Shown: positions 52,206 through 62,537, counted from the stretch's first letter. The stretch: 64,000 bases of DNA from a bacterium (GCA_963674595.2 CAXXFV010000003.1:160001-224000), one strand, 5' to 3'. The notes: a model not told the origin generated them from the letters alone. Made by a program: numbers and translations.

Positions 52206-54134
52206 ATGAAGAATAACATTTTTTTCAATTCGACTGTTTTTTTATTTTGTATCGTACTTTTATCATGGCTGTCCTCTCCTTATGCTCAAAATTTGCCGAC
52301 CCATACATCAAATTTATTTTCAGGTTCAGGGAATTGTGCGGTTTGCCATATTGCCTCAGGAGGCGCTTTTATAACACAATCCGGTAAAGACATCTCTCCT
52401 ACCACTCTATGGCGGTCCGCAATGATGGCCAATTCATCAAAAGATCCGATATGGCAGGCAAAAGTAACGGCAGAAGTTGCTGTTCATCCGACATTACAAT
52501 CAGTAATTGAAGACAAGTGCGCTACCTGTCACATGCCCATGGGCAGAACAGAAGCAATTTACAACGGATCAGACCATTACGCATTTAATGATGGAATTTC
52601 AGACGATCTGAGTATGGATGGCGTTAGTTGTACGGTTTGCCACCAGATTCAAAAAGATAATTTTGGACAGGAAAGTTTTTCAGGACAATATAATATTACA
52701 AACGCACATGATATTTTCGGTCCGTATATATCTCCAACCACAATGCCGATGATTAATCAAACAGGATACACACCCGTTTACTCGGACCATGTACACAGTT
52801 CCGATCTCTGTGCAACCTGTCATACACTCTTTACTCCCTATATTGACAATGAAGGACAAATTGCAGGCTATCTACCGGAGCAGACACCCTACTTGGAATG
52901 GGAAAACAGTATTTATCCAAACGAATCCATCGAATGCCAAACATGTCACATGCCGGGCACAGAAGAAGAAATCAAAATATCGGCCCAGCCCGGCTGGCTC
53001 ACCACACTTCGCACCCCGATTTACAGGCATGAATTTGTTGGTGCAAATGTTTTTATGGCCCGTTTGCTCAAAGAAAACAACAATACAATCCTGGCGGCAG
53101 CAACAGATGCCCATTTTGACAGCACCATATCAAAAACCTTAAACATGCTGCAAAACCAAACCATAAACCTGACAGCGCAAGGTCTTCTAGAGTCAGACAC
53201 GTTAAATCTAACCGTATCCATAGAAAATAAATCAGGACACAAGTTTCCGACAGGTTTTCCCAGCAGACGCGCCTGGCTGCATGTTGTTGTTAAAAATAAA
53301 AACAGTGAAACAATTTTCGAATCCGGCGGGTGGACTGAGAATGGCGAAATTGCCGGTCTGGACCAGGATTATGAAATACATCATACGGTAATTAGTTCAC
53401 CAGACCAGGTTCAAATCTATGAATCGGTTATGCACGATGTTGATGATAATGTGACATTTACTCTTTTACGCGGTGCAAAGTATATTAAAGACAACCGTAT
53501 TCCGCCAAAAGGATTCAAGAGTCAACACGAAAATTACCCGTCTACAGCTATTCTGGGCAATGCCGCCGATGATCCTGATTTCAATTACTCTGGTGAAGAT
53601 CAGGAAGGCTCCGGTTCTGACCAGGTCCAATATAAAATTCCCGTTACCAATCCATCCGATGAATTTGAAGTGCTGGTAGAGATGCGCTATCAAACATTGG
53701 CCGTCCTTTTTTTACAAGATTTGTTTTCTCATCAAACTGACCAGATAGCACAATTTTCGGAATATTATGAAAATGCAAACAAGGAACCGATCCTTGTAGC
53801 ATCGGTTTCTGAAAAAATTTCCTCAACAGATGTTAATCATATCAATCCAATACCAAAACAATATGGCCTTTTGAGAAATTATCCGAATCCGTTTAACTGT
53901 TCGACAGTATTAGAGTTTAATATAAAAGAAAAATCCCATGTCAGTTTGCAGATTTATGATCTATTGGGAAGAAAAATTAAAACGATTCTGTCAGGTGAAT
54001 ATATCCCCGGAACCCATCATGCCCGATGGGACGGAAACGACACCTCAGGGCATTCATTACCAAGCGGTATTTATGTCGCAACACTGCAAACAAACAAGGA
54101 AAGGGATCAATTGCGTTTATTATTATTGAAATAA
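52206..54134 (+). CDS. Secreted pentaheme c-type cytochrome with FlgD/T9SS-like C-terminal domain
   Basis: Signal peptide; CAVCH, CATCH, CTVCH, CATCH, CQTCH; GHKFPTG; NYPNPFN...WDGNDTSG..LPSGIY. Confidence 0.88.
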   Translation: MKNNIFFNSTVFLFCIVLLSWLSSPYAQNLPTHTSNLFSGSGNCAVCHIASGGAFITQSGKDISPTTLWRSAMMANSSKDPIWQAKVTAEVAVHPTLQSVIEDKCATCHMPMGRTEAIYNGSDHYAFNDGISDDLSMDGVSCTVCHQIQKDNFGQESFSGQYNITNAHDIFGPYISPTTMPMINQTGYTPVYSDHVHSSDLCATCHTLFTPYIDNEGQIAGYLPEQTPYLEWENSIYPNESIECQTCHMPGTEEEIKISAQPGWLTTLRTPIYRHEFVGANVFMARLLKENNNTILAAATDAHFDSTISKTLNMLQNQTINLTAQGLLESDTLNLTVSIENKSGHKFPTGFPSRRAWLHVVVKNKNSETIFESGGWTENGEIAGLDQDYEIHHTVISSPDQVQIYESVMHDVDDNVTFTLLRGAKYIKDNRIPPKGFKSQHENYPSTAILGNAADDPDFNYSGEDQEGSGSDQVQYKIPVTNPSDEFEVLVEMRYQTLAVLFLQDLFSHQTDQIAQFSEYYENANKEPILVASVSEKISSTDVNHINPIPKQYGLLRNYPNPFNCSTVLEFNIKEKSHVSLQIYDLLGRKIKTILSGEYIPGTHHARWDGNDTSGHSLPSGIYVATLQTNKERDQLRLLLLK

Positions 54135-54234
54135 CTCTGACCATATTACCCAAAAACCGATTTTTTTAATAAATGATTTTTCCGAAAAGACGGTCACGTT
54201 AACGGGATAGACGAATAACATTCAGGGAGAGAAC

Positions 54235-54918
54235 ATGATAATCACATTTCTTTTGGCTTTAGCAGGACCCCTTGCCGTTTTTATCGGACTCGTAATTTTT
54301 AAAAACGCTTTTATCACCTTTTTACTATTTCATGGATTTGTGTGTGTCGGTATTCCGGTTGTTGATTTATGTATCATAAAAAAATATAGCCTGCGCTCAA
54401 TAATTAAATCACTCGGCTTAATTCATTCCGCCAAATCATTAAGAATCGGGACATGCTGGGGAATAATTTTCTTAACAACGATCATGTTGTTCTTTTATAT
54501 TTTTAAAGATCACCTGATTCAAATCAATGACATTCAATTACTGTTAAAATCCTGGAACATTCAAAAGGGCCATCTTTATATTTTGTTGTTTGTTATGGTC
54601 TTTGCCAACTCGTTTTTGGAGGAAATTTACTGGAGGGGGTATATTTTTAACAGGTTAAAAGCACATTTCAACATCAAATATGTCATTCTAATTTCTTCTC
54701 TTTTTTACGCCTCTTATCATTACATTACAACAGCAAATTTATTTTCAATACAAATCGGGGCCATATTTACAACTGTTATATTTTTGACCGGGATCTTTTG
54801 GGGGACCATGAGAGAACAATTTGGTTCTCTATATGTCCCAATCATCAGTCATTTTTTGGCGGATATGGCAATAATGATCATCTACCTTGTTTTTATTCAA
54901 CCATATATTAACTGTTAA
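54235..54918 (+). CDS. CPBP family intramembrane glutamic endopeptidase
   Basis: LEEIYWRGY, FYASYH, ISHFLAD motifs. Confidence 0.85.
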   Translation: MIITFLLALAGPLAVFIGLVIFKNAFITFLLFHGFVCVGIPVVDLCIIKKYSLRSIIKSLGLIHSAKSLRIGTCWGIIFLTTIMLFFYIFKDHLIQINDIQLLLKSWNIQKGHLYILLFVMVFANSFLEEIYWRGYIFNRLKAHFNIKYVILISSLFYASYHYITTANLFSIQIGAIFTTVIFLTGIFWGTMREQFGSLYVPIISHFLADMAIMIIYLVFIQPYINC

Positions 54919-54975
54919 AACAGCATTAAAAGAAAAAGATATGTCACGTCATTAGATGACAATTCTTATTATTGT

Positions 54976-55005
54976 ATCGGGCCCTGAAAACAGGGCCCGA
55001 TTTTT
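54976..55005 (+). terminator. Rho-independent terminator
   Basis: ATCGGGCCCTG-AAAA-CAGGGCCCGAT-TTTT. Confidence 0.85.
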
Positions 55006-55052
55006 ATCACTGCATTCCTTTATTCTGCAAAAATCAACACCTCATCTATCTC

Positions 55053-55101
55053 AATATTTTTCAAAAACCCCTTGCTCTGATTTCATATAATTTGTACTAT
55101 T
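55053..55101 (+). promoter_or_regulatory. Promoter-bearing repeat, copy 6 (TTGCTC-17-TACTAT)
   Basis: 40/49 identical to 48990-49038. Confidence 0.65.
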
Positions 55102-55217
55102 AAGCGTCATTAAAAGCCGGTCATTATAAACGGCAGATACTCATATACATGCTATTCGAAAATTGTGTTCTTGAAAATCTTGAATAATGATACATTAAAC
55201 CGGAAAAGGAACAAAGA

Positions 55218-56705
55218 ATGAAAAGCAGCCTGGATTGGATTGTTGTAACAATATATGCTCTTGGAATGCTTGCAATTGGGTTCTATTTCAAACGCAAGAC
55301 AAAAACAACCGACGACTATATGTTGGGCGGCCGGAAAATGAAATCATGGAGCGTGGGTCTCTCTCTGTTTGCCACGCTGTTTAGCGCAATCACTTATCTG
55401 GCTATGCCGGGCGAAATGGTCAAACACGGTCCGATGATGTGGAGCAAAATTGCCTGCCTGCCCTTTGTTTACGGCGTTGTGGGCTGGTTTTTAATCCCGC
55501 ATATTATGAAACTTCGTGTATCAAGCGCTTATGAGCTGCTGGAAGTACGTCTCGGCGTTAAAATCCGAACTCTGGCGTCTGTGTTCTTTCTGCTCATGCG
55601 TTTGATTTGGATGGCTGTCATTATTTTTATGGTCGCTGAAAAAGTGATCGTGCCTATTATGGGATGGTCGGAAGGAACAGCGATTTGGGTGAGCATTGCA
55701 CTTGGGCTGTTTACAATAGCATATACCTCCCTGGGAGGCTTACGTGGTGTTGTACTGACGGATGTCATTCAGAGCTTTATACTGTTCGGCGGAACAATTC
55801 TGGCAATAATTATCATCACCAGCCATTTTGGCAGCTTTTCAGCAATGATTCCAACCCAATGGCCTGCACATTGGGCACCCTGGAAGTTTTTTGATGCCAA
55901 TGCCAGGGTGAGTTTTATGACCATGAATATTGCCGTTTTCGGCATGTATGTGTGTACGGCAGGCTCGGACCAGATGTCGATCCAGCGATATTTATCCACC
56001 CGGGACGCCAAAGCCGCACGAAAAGCATTTCTTACGTCGCTGATCGCAAACGGCGTGGTCTATATTATGCTGGCAGTATTGGGAATCGCCCTGATGGCCT
56101 ATTACCAGGCAAATCCGGGTTTTATTATGGAAGGTGAAACCTTGACCTCAGCGGCTGACTCGCTATTGCCGCATTTTATTGTGAATGGCTTTCCAATCGG
56201 TATATCTGGACTTGTGTTTTCAGGACTGCTTGCCGCTGCAATGTCCAGCCTGTCATCGGGTATCAATTCGTCCAGTTTGGTTGTAATCAATGATTTTATT
56301 ATCCGATTCAAAAAGCAGGAATTATCTCAGGATACACAGGTAAAATGGGCGCGGCTTATTTCAGTGGCAATTGGACTGGTCATTATTCTGCTCAGTTTTG
56401 TTATGGACAATGTCAGCGGTAACCTTATCGAGATCACCTTTAAAACAGTCAACCTGCTGATAGCACCGCTCTTTGTTCCGTTTTTTATGGCTATGTTTAT
56501 CAAACGCTCCGTTGAAAATGCGGTGGTGATCGGTACGGTCATCAGCGCATTGACGGCAACTTTTATCAGCTTTTCAAATGAGATGTTTGGATTATCCATT
56601 TCATTTTTATGGATTTTACCGGGATCATTTGCAGTAGGTGTGGTGGTCAGTTATTTGTTGAGTTTTGTGTTACCTGATAATAAAATAAAATATGCGGAAG
56701 GTTAA
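55218..56705 (+). CDS. Sodium:solute symporter (SSS family)
   Basis: DYMLGGRKM, SAYELLEVRLG, GGLRGVVLTDVIQ, DQMSIQRYL, AAAMSSLSSGINS. Confidence 0.93.
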   Translation: MKSSLDWIVVTIYALGMLAIGFYFKRKTKTTDDYMLGGRKMKSWSVGLSLFATLFSAITYLAMPGEMVKHGPMMWSKIACLPFVYGVVGWFLIPHIMKLRVSSAYELLEVRLGVKIRTLASVFFLLMRLIWMAVIIFMVAEKVIVPIMGWSEGTAIWVSIALGLFTIAYTSLGGLRGVVLTDVIQSFILFGGTILAIIIITSHFGSFSAMIPTQWPAHWAPWKFFDANARVSFMTMNIAVFGMYVCTAGSDQMSIQRYLSTRDAKAARKAFLTSLIANGVVYIMLAVLGIALMAYYQANPGFIMEGETLTSAADSLLPHFIVNGFPIGISGLVFSGLLAAAMSSLSSGINSSSLVVINDFIIRFKKQELSQDTQVKWARLISVAIGLVIILLSFVMDNVSGNLIEITFKTVNLLIAPLFVPFFMAMFIKRSVENAVVIGTVISALTATFISFSNEMFGLSISFLWILPGSFAVGVVVSYLLSFVLPDNKIKYAEG

Positions 56706-58991
56706 ATGGGAATGGAAATAGAAAAACCGTCATTTAAAGGACGGCAGGTTAAAAAAGAAATTACAGAACCATACGATTTGGTCGTATGCGGCGGCGGATT
56801 GGCCGGCGTATGTGCCGCATTGGCATCCAGTCGCCTCGGACTCAGAACGGCACTCATTCAGGACCGGCCTGTACTGGGCGGAAACAGCAGCAGCGAAGTT
56901 CGTGTCCCCCTGGGAGGCGCGGCAAACGGCAATCCCTGGGCCCGGGAAAGCGGTATTATTGAAGAGCTGCTGCTCACGGAACGTTTTAACAATTTTACAG
57001 CACGTCGTGAGAGTATGATCAACGATGTGTGGGACCTGGTGCTGTATGATGCCTGCCGCCAGGAAAAAAATCTCGAACTTTACCTTGACACACTGGTTCG
57101 CCAGGTCAAAATGGAAAATAACCGTATAACAGCGGTCATGGCAAGTCAACTGGCCAGCGAGCGTGAATTTGAAATTAATGGAACTTTGTTTGTCGATGCC
57201 ACCGGTGACGGCACAATTGCCTGGCATGCCGGTGCGGAATACCGAATCGGTCGTGAAGGCAAGGATGAATTTGATGAAATGTGGGCGCCCGACAAACCGG
57301 ATATGGGCATTATGGGGAGTTCCATTCTGTTTGCTGTTCGGGATGTAGGCAAACCCGTACATTTTAATCCACCGCCCTGGGCCGAAATCTATCCGGCTGA
57401 CAGCATCATTATGAAAACACGATTTCATGAACGGATTCCCGGGCATTGGTGGATTGAAGTGGGATTCCCCTTTGATACAATCTATGAAAATGAAAAAATT
57501 CGAGATGAACTAATGCGGCACGTTGTCGGCGTTTGGGACCACCTAAAAAACCAGGCTGATCATGGATTTGCCAATTTTGCACTGGACTGGATCGGTAAAA
57601 TTCCGGGCAAACGTGAAAGCCGTCGGATTATGGGTGATTATGTACTCACCGGCAATGATGTCAGCCAGGGTAAAATTTTTCCCGATGCTGTTACACATGG
57701 CGGCTGGTATTTTGATTTGCACACGCCGGGCGGTATATTGGCAAAAGACCAGTTCCCTGAGCCGACCTATGGAGATGCATCGTTAATTGATTTGTGTGAA
57801 GTCCCGGTCTATTCCATTCCGCTTCGTAGCCTGTATTCCAAAGATGTTGATAATCTGTTTTTAGCGGGCCGGGATATATCAGTGACGCATGTCGCACTAG
57901 GCAGTGTGCGTTTGATGAGTACCTGCGCAGCAATGGGACAGGCCGTTGGTACGGCCGCCTGGATTTGTAAAAAATTCAATTTGCAGCCCAAAGACGTCTA
58001 TCCTGAAAAAATGGACCGGTTGAAACAACAGCTTCTCAAAGATGATCACTATGTCCCGGCTGCCGGGAATACTGATACGGCGGACCTGGCACGGACCGCA
58101 AAGGTATCTGCGACCAGTTCCTCACCGCTGCTATTCCCGGAACCGACCGTACCGCGACAGATGGATGTTCCGCTTGGACTGATATTTCCGGTATCAACTA
58201 AAAAGCTGGAAACCGTCAGCTTTTTAATGGATGCCGTTAAAGATACAAAGGTCACCATTCATCTAAAAGAAACAGACAGAACTTGTGAATATAAAGACGA
58301 AACAGACGTAACATCGGCAACCGCCGAGGTTAAAGCAGGACAAAAGCAGTGGGTAAATTTCAAACTTTTAACTGAAACGAATGCGAACAGTCTTTATTGG
58401 GTAACTTTTGATGCAAATCCGGAAATTCATATTTATGGAACCCCAAAGTGGCCCATTACAGGTACGGTTACGCTGCACAAACCGTTTAAAAGATGGCACT
58501 ATTTAAAACCAAGCCTGAGCTGGCAAAATTTACAGGCTGTGCATAAACGATGGAACCTTTGTATGAAAACGGACCCTATGCAAAATCCCTATCAACCTGA
58601 AAACATACTGTCCGGTGTTACCAGACCGGACAATTGGACGCATCTTTGGGTATCTGATCCACGGCAGTCATTGCCCCAGAGTGCTACTTTGGAATTCGAA
58701 ACGGCAATTTCATTTACAAAAATATATCTGACATTCGATACAAATCTTGTCCTCTTTCCCAATCTTCACATGCCGACATGGCAAGCACCGGAGGAAACGT
58801 TCAGGGATTATCAGCTCTGTTATGAACTAAATGGTGAATGGAAAGAACTCGGCACATTTAAGAACAACTTTTTAAGACGACGCATACACACCTTTGAAAG
58901 GATAAAAGCTGACAAAATTAAAGTCAACGTGTTATCCACCTGGGGTGATCCCTCAGCCCGTATTTTTGAAATTCGCGTATACGATGAATAG
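56706..58991 (+). CDS. FAD-dependent oxidoreductase (FAD_oxidored family) with C-terminal discoidin-like domain
   Basis: VVCGGGLAG, DRPVLGGNSSSE, DATGDG, KRESRR, RLMSTCAAMGQAVG; ends ARIFEIRVY. Confidence 0.88.
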   Translation: MGMEIEKPSFKGRQVKKEITEPYDLVVCGGGLAGVCAALASSRLGLRTALIQDRPVLGGNSSSEVRVPLGGAANGNPWARESGIIEELLLTERFNNFTARRESMINDVWDLVLYDACRQEKNLELYLDTLVRQVKMENNRITAVMASQLASEREFEINGTLFVDATGDGTIAWHAGAEYRIGREGKDEFDEMWAPDKPDMGIMGSSILFAVRDVGKPVHFNPPPWAEIYPADSIIMKTRFHERIPGHWWIEVGFPFDTIYENEKIRDELMRHVVGVWDHLKNQADHGFANFALDWIGKIPGKRESRRIMGDYVLTGNDVSQGKIFPDAVTHGGWYFDLHTPGGILAKDQFPEPTYGDASLIDLCEVPVYSIPLRSLYSKDVDNLFLAGRDISVTHVALGSVRLMSTCAAMGQAVGTAAWICKKFNLQPKDVYPEKMDRLKQQLLKDDHYVPAAGNTDTADLARTAKVSATSSSPLLFPEPTVPRQMDVPLGLIFPVSTKKLETVSFLMDAVKDTKVTIHLKETDRTCEYKDETDVTSATAEVKAGQKQWVNFKLLTETNANSLYWVTFDANPEIHIYGTPKWPITGTVTLHKPFKRWHYLKPSLSWQNLQAVHKRWNLCMKTDPMQNPYQPENILSGVTRPDNWTHLWVSDPRQSLPQSATLEFETAISFTKIYLTFDTNLVLFPNLHMPTWQAPEETFRDYQLCYELNGEWKELGTFKNNFLRRRIHTFERIKADKIKVNVLSTWGDPSARIFEIRVYDE

Positions 58992-59035
58992 GTTTATCGA
59001 AAGTAATGTATTCATATACGCTACAGACCGCTGCT

Positions 59036-60764
59036 CGGGGGCTGTATCAAAAGTTCTTTATAATAAGATAAAAAATAAGTATAATTTTAAAAAAAGGAAA
59101 GTAATACGAGTAGAGAGCGGATGAAAAAGTTTAGAGAAGTCCATCAGAACCAAATAATGTTATTGCCACCGAGCCTGGATGAATTTATAGACAAAAACCA
59201 TCTGGTCCGGGTATTGGATTCTGTAATAGATCGAATTTCTTCAAAATCCATAGAAAATCGTTTTAGCGGAGGCGGCACACCGTCCTATCATCCGCGAATG
59301 ATGCTCAAAGTTATTTTATATGCTTATATTTGTCATATTTATAGTTGTCGTAAAATCGCCAAAGCACTGCGTGAAGATTTACCCTTTATGTGGCTTTCCG
59401 GTATGAGCCGTCCTGATTTTAATACAGTAAATCGTTTTCGCAGTGAGTACTTTCGCAACACGATGGAAGATATTTTTAGCCAGGTATTGCTGTTTCTAGA
59501 AGCAGAAGGCTATATTGATTTAAAAAATTATTTTGTTGATGGCAGTAAATTTGAGGCAAACGCAGGTAAATACACCTACGTGTGGAGAAAAAATACCGAA
59601 CGTTATAAAGCCGCTGTAAAGCAACGGGTCCAATCCCTATTTCACGAGATTGATGAGCTTAATGCTGAAGAGGACTTGAAATATGGGGAAAGCGATCTAC
59701 CGGAGCGGGGAGAGCATTCGGACATCACGGCTGAGAACATTGAAAAGGTTGCAGAAGAAATCAACGAACGACTGGAAAAAGAAGGGAATAAGAAAAAGGC
59801 CCGCTCTTTAAAAAGCCGGGCCAACAAGCTGAAGAAGGAATCGGAAAAATTGGCCAAATATGAGGACCAGGAAAATAAACTTGCCGGCCGCAACTCTTAT
59901 TCCAAAACAGACACCGACTCAACCTTTATGCGAATGAAAGATGAAACGCTTCGGCCTGCCTATAATGTGCAAATCAGTACCAACCACCAATTTCTTGTCA
60001 ATTATTCTGTTGGTCAAAATGCATCGGACTCAGCCAGCTTTCCAGCCCATCTTTTCAAGATCGTCAAGCGGAATGAAAAATTTATTCCAGAGACCTATAC
60101 CGGAGACTGTGGCTATGGCAATCATGAAAACTATTTACTTTTGTCTGAATATAAAATAGAAAACTTTTTGAAATATGGTTCGTTCCATCGAGAACAAAGC
60201 CGTAGTTTTCGTCAAAATATCTTTCATCGAGATAATATGAGATATGATAAGCAGCAGGATTGCTTCTATTGTCCGGCAGACAGAGCGCTCTGGTTCCGGG
60301 ATATAAGGACCAGGAAAACAGCAACAGGGTTCCTCAATCAACAACGTGTTTATGAATGTGAAGATTGTGGCGGTTGTTCACATGCCGAAAAATGTAAAAG
60401 AGGTGCTGGCCATCGAACAGTGCAGATAAATCGTGAATTGGAAAAATTCAAGGCAAAAGCCCGCGAGAATTTGAATTCTGAAAAAGGTATAAAACTCCGT
60501 AAAAAAAGAGGCAATGAAGTTGAAACCCCATTTGCTGATTTCAAGAAAAACCAAAAATTCAGTAAATTTAGTTTAAGGGGAATTGAAAAAGTAAACCATG
60601 AATTTGGGTTGCTATGCTTGGCATTTAATATCCGAAAATACTATAAAAAATCAGGAAATTAAAAAAATATAAAGCCCGCTTCTCTTAAAGCAGGCTTCAT
60701 TTCTAAATAATACTAAAATTACTTTATTGAATTGCAGTTTTTTGGGCTTTTGATACAGCCCCCG
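59036..60764 (+). mobile_element. IS1182 family insertion sequence, apparently intact
   Basis: Perfect 18-bp IRs CGGGGGCTGTATCAAAAG / CTTTTGATACAGCCCCCG (exact ends uncertain by 1-2 bp). Confidence 0.92.
59121..60662 (+). CDS. IS1182 family transposase
   Basis: GGGTPSYHPRMMLK, PDFNTVNRFR, VDGSKFEANA, SKTDTDSTFMRMK, VETPF motifs. Confidence 0.95.
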   Translation: MKKFREVHQNQIMLLPPSLDEFIDKNHLVRVLDSVIDRISSKSIENRFSGGGTPSYHPRMMLKVILYAYICHIYSCRKIAKALREDLPFMWLSGMSRPDFNTVNRFRSEYFRNTMEDIFSQVLLFLEAEGYIDLKNYFVDGSKFEANAGKYTYVWRKNTERYKAAVKQRVQSLFHEIDELNAEEDLKYGESDLPERGEHSDITAENIEKVAEEINERLEKEGNKKKARSLKSRANKLKKESEKLAKYEDQENKLAGRNSYSKTDTDSTFMRMKDETLRPAYNVQISTNHQFLVNYSVGQNASDSASFPAHLFKIVKRNEKFIPETYTGDCGYGNHENYLLLSEYKIENFLKYGSFHREQSRSFRQNIFHRDNMRYDKQQDCFYCPADRALWFRDIRTRKTATGFLNQQRVYECEDCGGCSHAEKCKRGAGHRTVQINRELEKFKAKARENLNSEKGIKLRKKRGNEVETPFADFKKNQKFSKFSLRGIEKVNHEFGLLCLAFNIRKYYKKSGN

Positions 60765-60974
60765 TAAACAACCAATTATGCAAACTTCCCCTCGCCCACC
60801 AAAACAAATGGAATAACGTTTCATTTATAACACCCATAAATCACAAAATCAGTTGCTTAAATTCCTGATCAGCCTTACATTAAAACCATACAAACATATC
60901 TCTGAAAAAAAATATACGCTGTCGTATTTTATTCACTTATTTTAGCCGCTAAATAACGCACACAAAAATGGAAA

Positions 60975-62537
60975 ATGATGAATAATATAAACCAAACAAG
61001 ACGTAATTTTCTAAAAACAATCAATCTCGGTACCGCAGCAATGATGCTGTCCGGTATGGGTTGTTCCGTAAAAAAAAATAAATTGCCCAACATTGTATTA
61101 ATCCTTGCTGACGATATGGGTGTGGATTCGGTAGCAGCATTGAATGATAAATTAGGCATCCCCACACCAAATCTCGATGTGCTCCTCAAACAAAGTACAA
61201 GCTTTAGTGATGCGCATTCCGGCTCGGCTGTCTGTTCACCAACCCGCTATGGTGTGTTGACCGGCCGGTATTCGTGGAGAAGCCGCTTAAAACGGAGTAT
61301 TGTGTACCAGTGGGAGCATCCGTTAATTGAAAAAGACCGATTAACTTTACCACAGATGTTAAAAAACGCCGGTTACGATACGGCATGCATCGGTAAATGG
61401 CATTTGGGATGGAACTGGCCCGGAAAAGACGGTGGTTTTACCGAAAATCTGCAGGAAATTGACTTCACTAAAAAAATCAACGGCGGGCCCATGGGATGTG
61501 GTTTTGACTATTATTTTGGAGATGATGTACCGAACTGGCCGCCGTTTGTGTGGATTGAAAACGGGTATATGCAGGGTGTTCCCGATAAAAATCTCTCCTT
61601 TGAAGAGCACTATCACGCTGAAAAAGGAATGGGTGTTGAAGGCTGGGACCTTGAAACGGTGTTACCAACCATCACTCAAAAATCCGTTGAATATATTCAT
61701 CAACAGGCACAGACAAAAGAGCCGTTTTTTCTCTATTTTCCAATGACATCTCCGCATACACCTATTGCTCCGTCAAAGGCATTTCAGGGTAAAAGCGGCA
61801 TTAGCCCCTATGCTGACTATATAATGGAGACGGATTGGTGCGTTGGGCAAATCATGAAAGCACTGGATGATAATAACGTTGCAGACAACACCCTGCTCAT
61901 TTTTACAACAGACAATGGAACTTCTCCTGTTTGTAATTTTTCCGAACTTTTAGAAAAAAATGTAAAGCTGCAAAATCATTGGCGGGGCATGAAAGCAGAC
62001 GCCCTTGAAGGCGGTCACCGGGTACCCTTTATCGTCCGCTGGCCGGGGCATATCAAACCAAACACAACCTCAGACCAGACCATTTCTCTGGTTGATATTA
62101 TGGCAACCTGTGCCGATGCCGCAGGACTTGAAATTCCTGATACAGCCGCCGAGGACAGTATCAGCCTGATGCCGGTACTAAAAGGTGAAAACATGGATGG
62201 GCCTTTGCATGAAGCGGTTATTTGTCACTCTTATACCGGTGTTTTTGTAGTGCGAAAAGGAACATGGAAACTCCAGTATTCTGCCGGTTCCGGCGGCTGG
62301 AGCAAACCGAACGATAAAGAGGCCATAGAGCAGGGCCTCCCCACATGGCAGCTTTATGATCTCTCTTCAGATCCAAAAGAAACAAAAAATTTAATCGACA
62401 AACACCCTGATTTGGTTAAACAAATGACGGATATATTACGTAAATATGTTGAAAACGGACGGTCCACACCCGGCACACCGCAGCAAAATGATAAAGGTGA
62501 AATTTGGTGGGAAGGATTGCCCTGGGACAAAAATTAA
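60975..62537 (+). CDS. Arylsulfatase (S1 family), Tat-lipoprotein
   Basis: RRNFLK...GMGC, LADDMG, VCSPTRYGVLTGRY, GKWHLG, EGGHRVP. Confidence 0.93.
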   Translation: MMNNINQTRRNFLKTINLGTAAMMLSGMGCSVKKNKLPNIVLILADDMGVDSVAALNDKLGIPTPNLDVLLKQSTSFSDAHSGSAVCSPTRYGVLTGRYSWRSRLKRSIVYQWEHPLIEKDRLTLPQMLKNAGYDTACIGKWHLGWNWPGKDGGFTENLQEIDFTKKINGGPMGCGFDYYFGDDVPNWPPFVWIENGYMQGVPDKNLSFEEHYHAEKGMGVEGWDLETVLPTITQKSVEYIHQQAQTKEPFFLYFPMTSPHTPIAPSKAFQGKSGISPYADYIMETDWCVGQIMKALDDNNVADNTLLIFTTDNGTSPVCNFSELLEKNVKLQNHWRGMKADALEGGHRVPFIVRWPGHIKPNTTSDQTISLVDIMATCADAAGLEIPDTAAEDSISLMPVLKGENMDGPLHEAVICHSYTGVFVVRKGTWKLQYSAGSGGWSKPNDKEAIEQGLPTWQLYDLSSDPKETKNLIDKHPDLVKQMTDILRKYVENGRSTPGTPQQNDKGEIWWEGLPWDKN

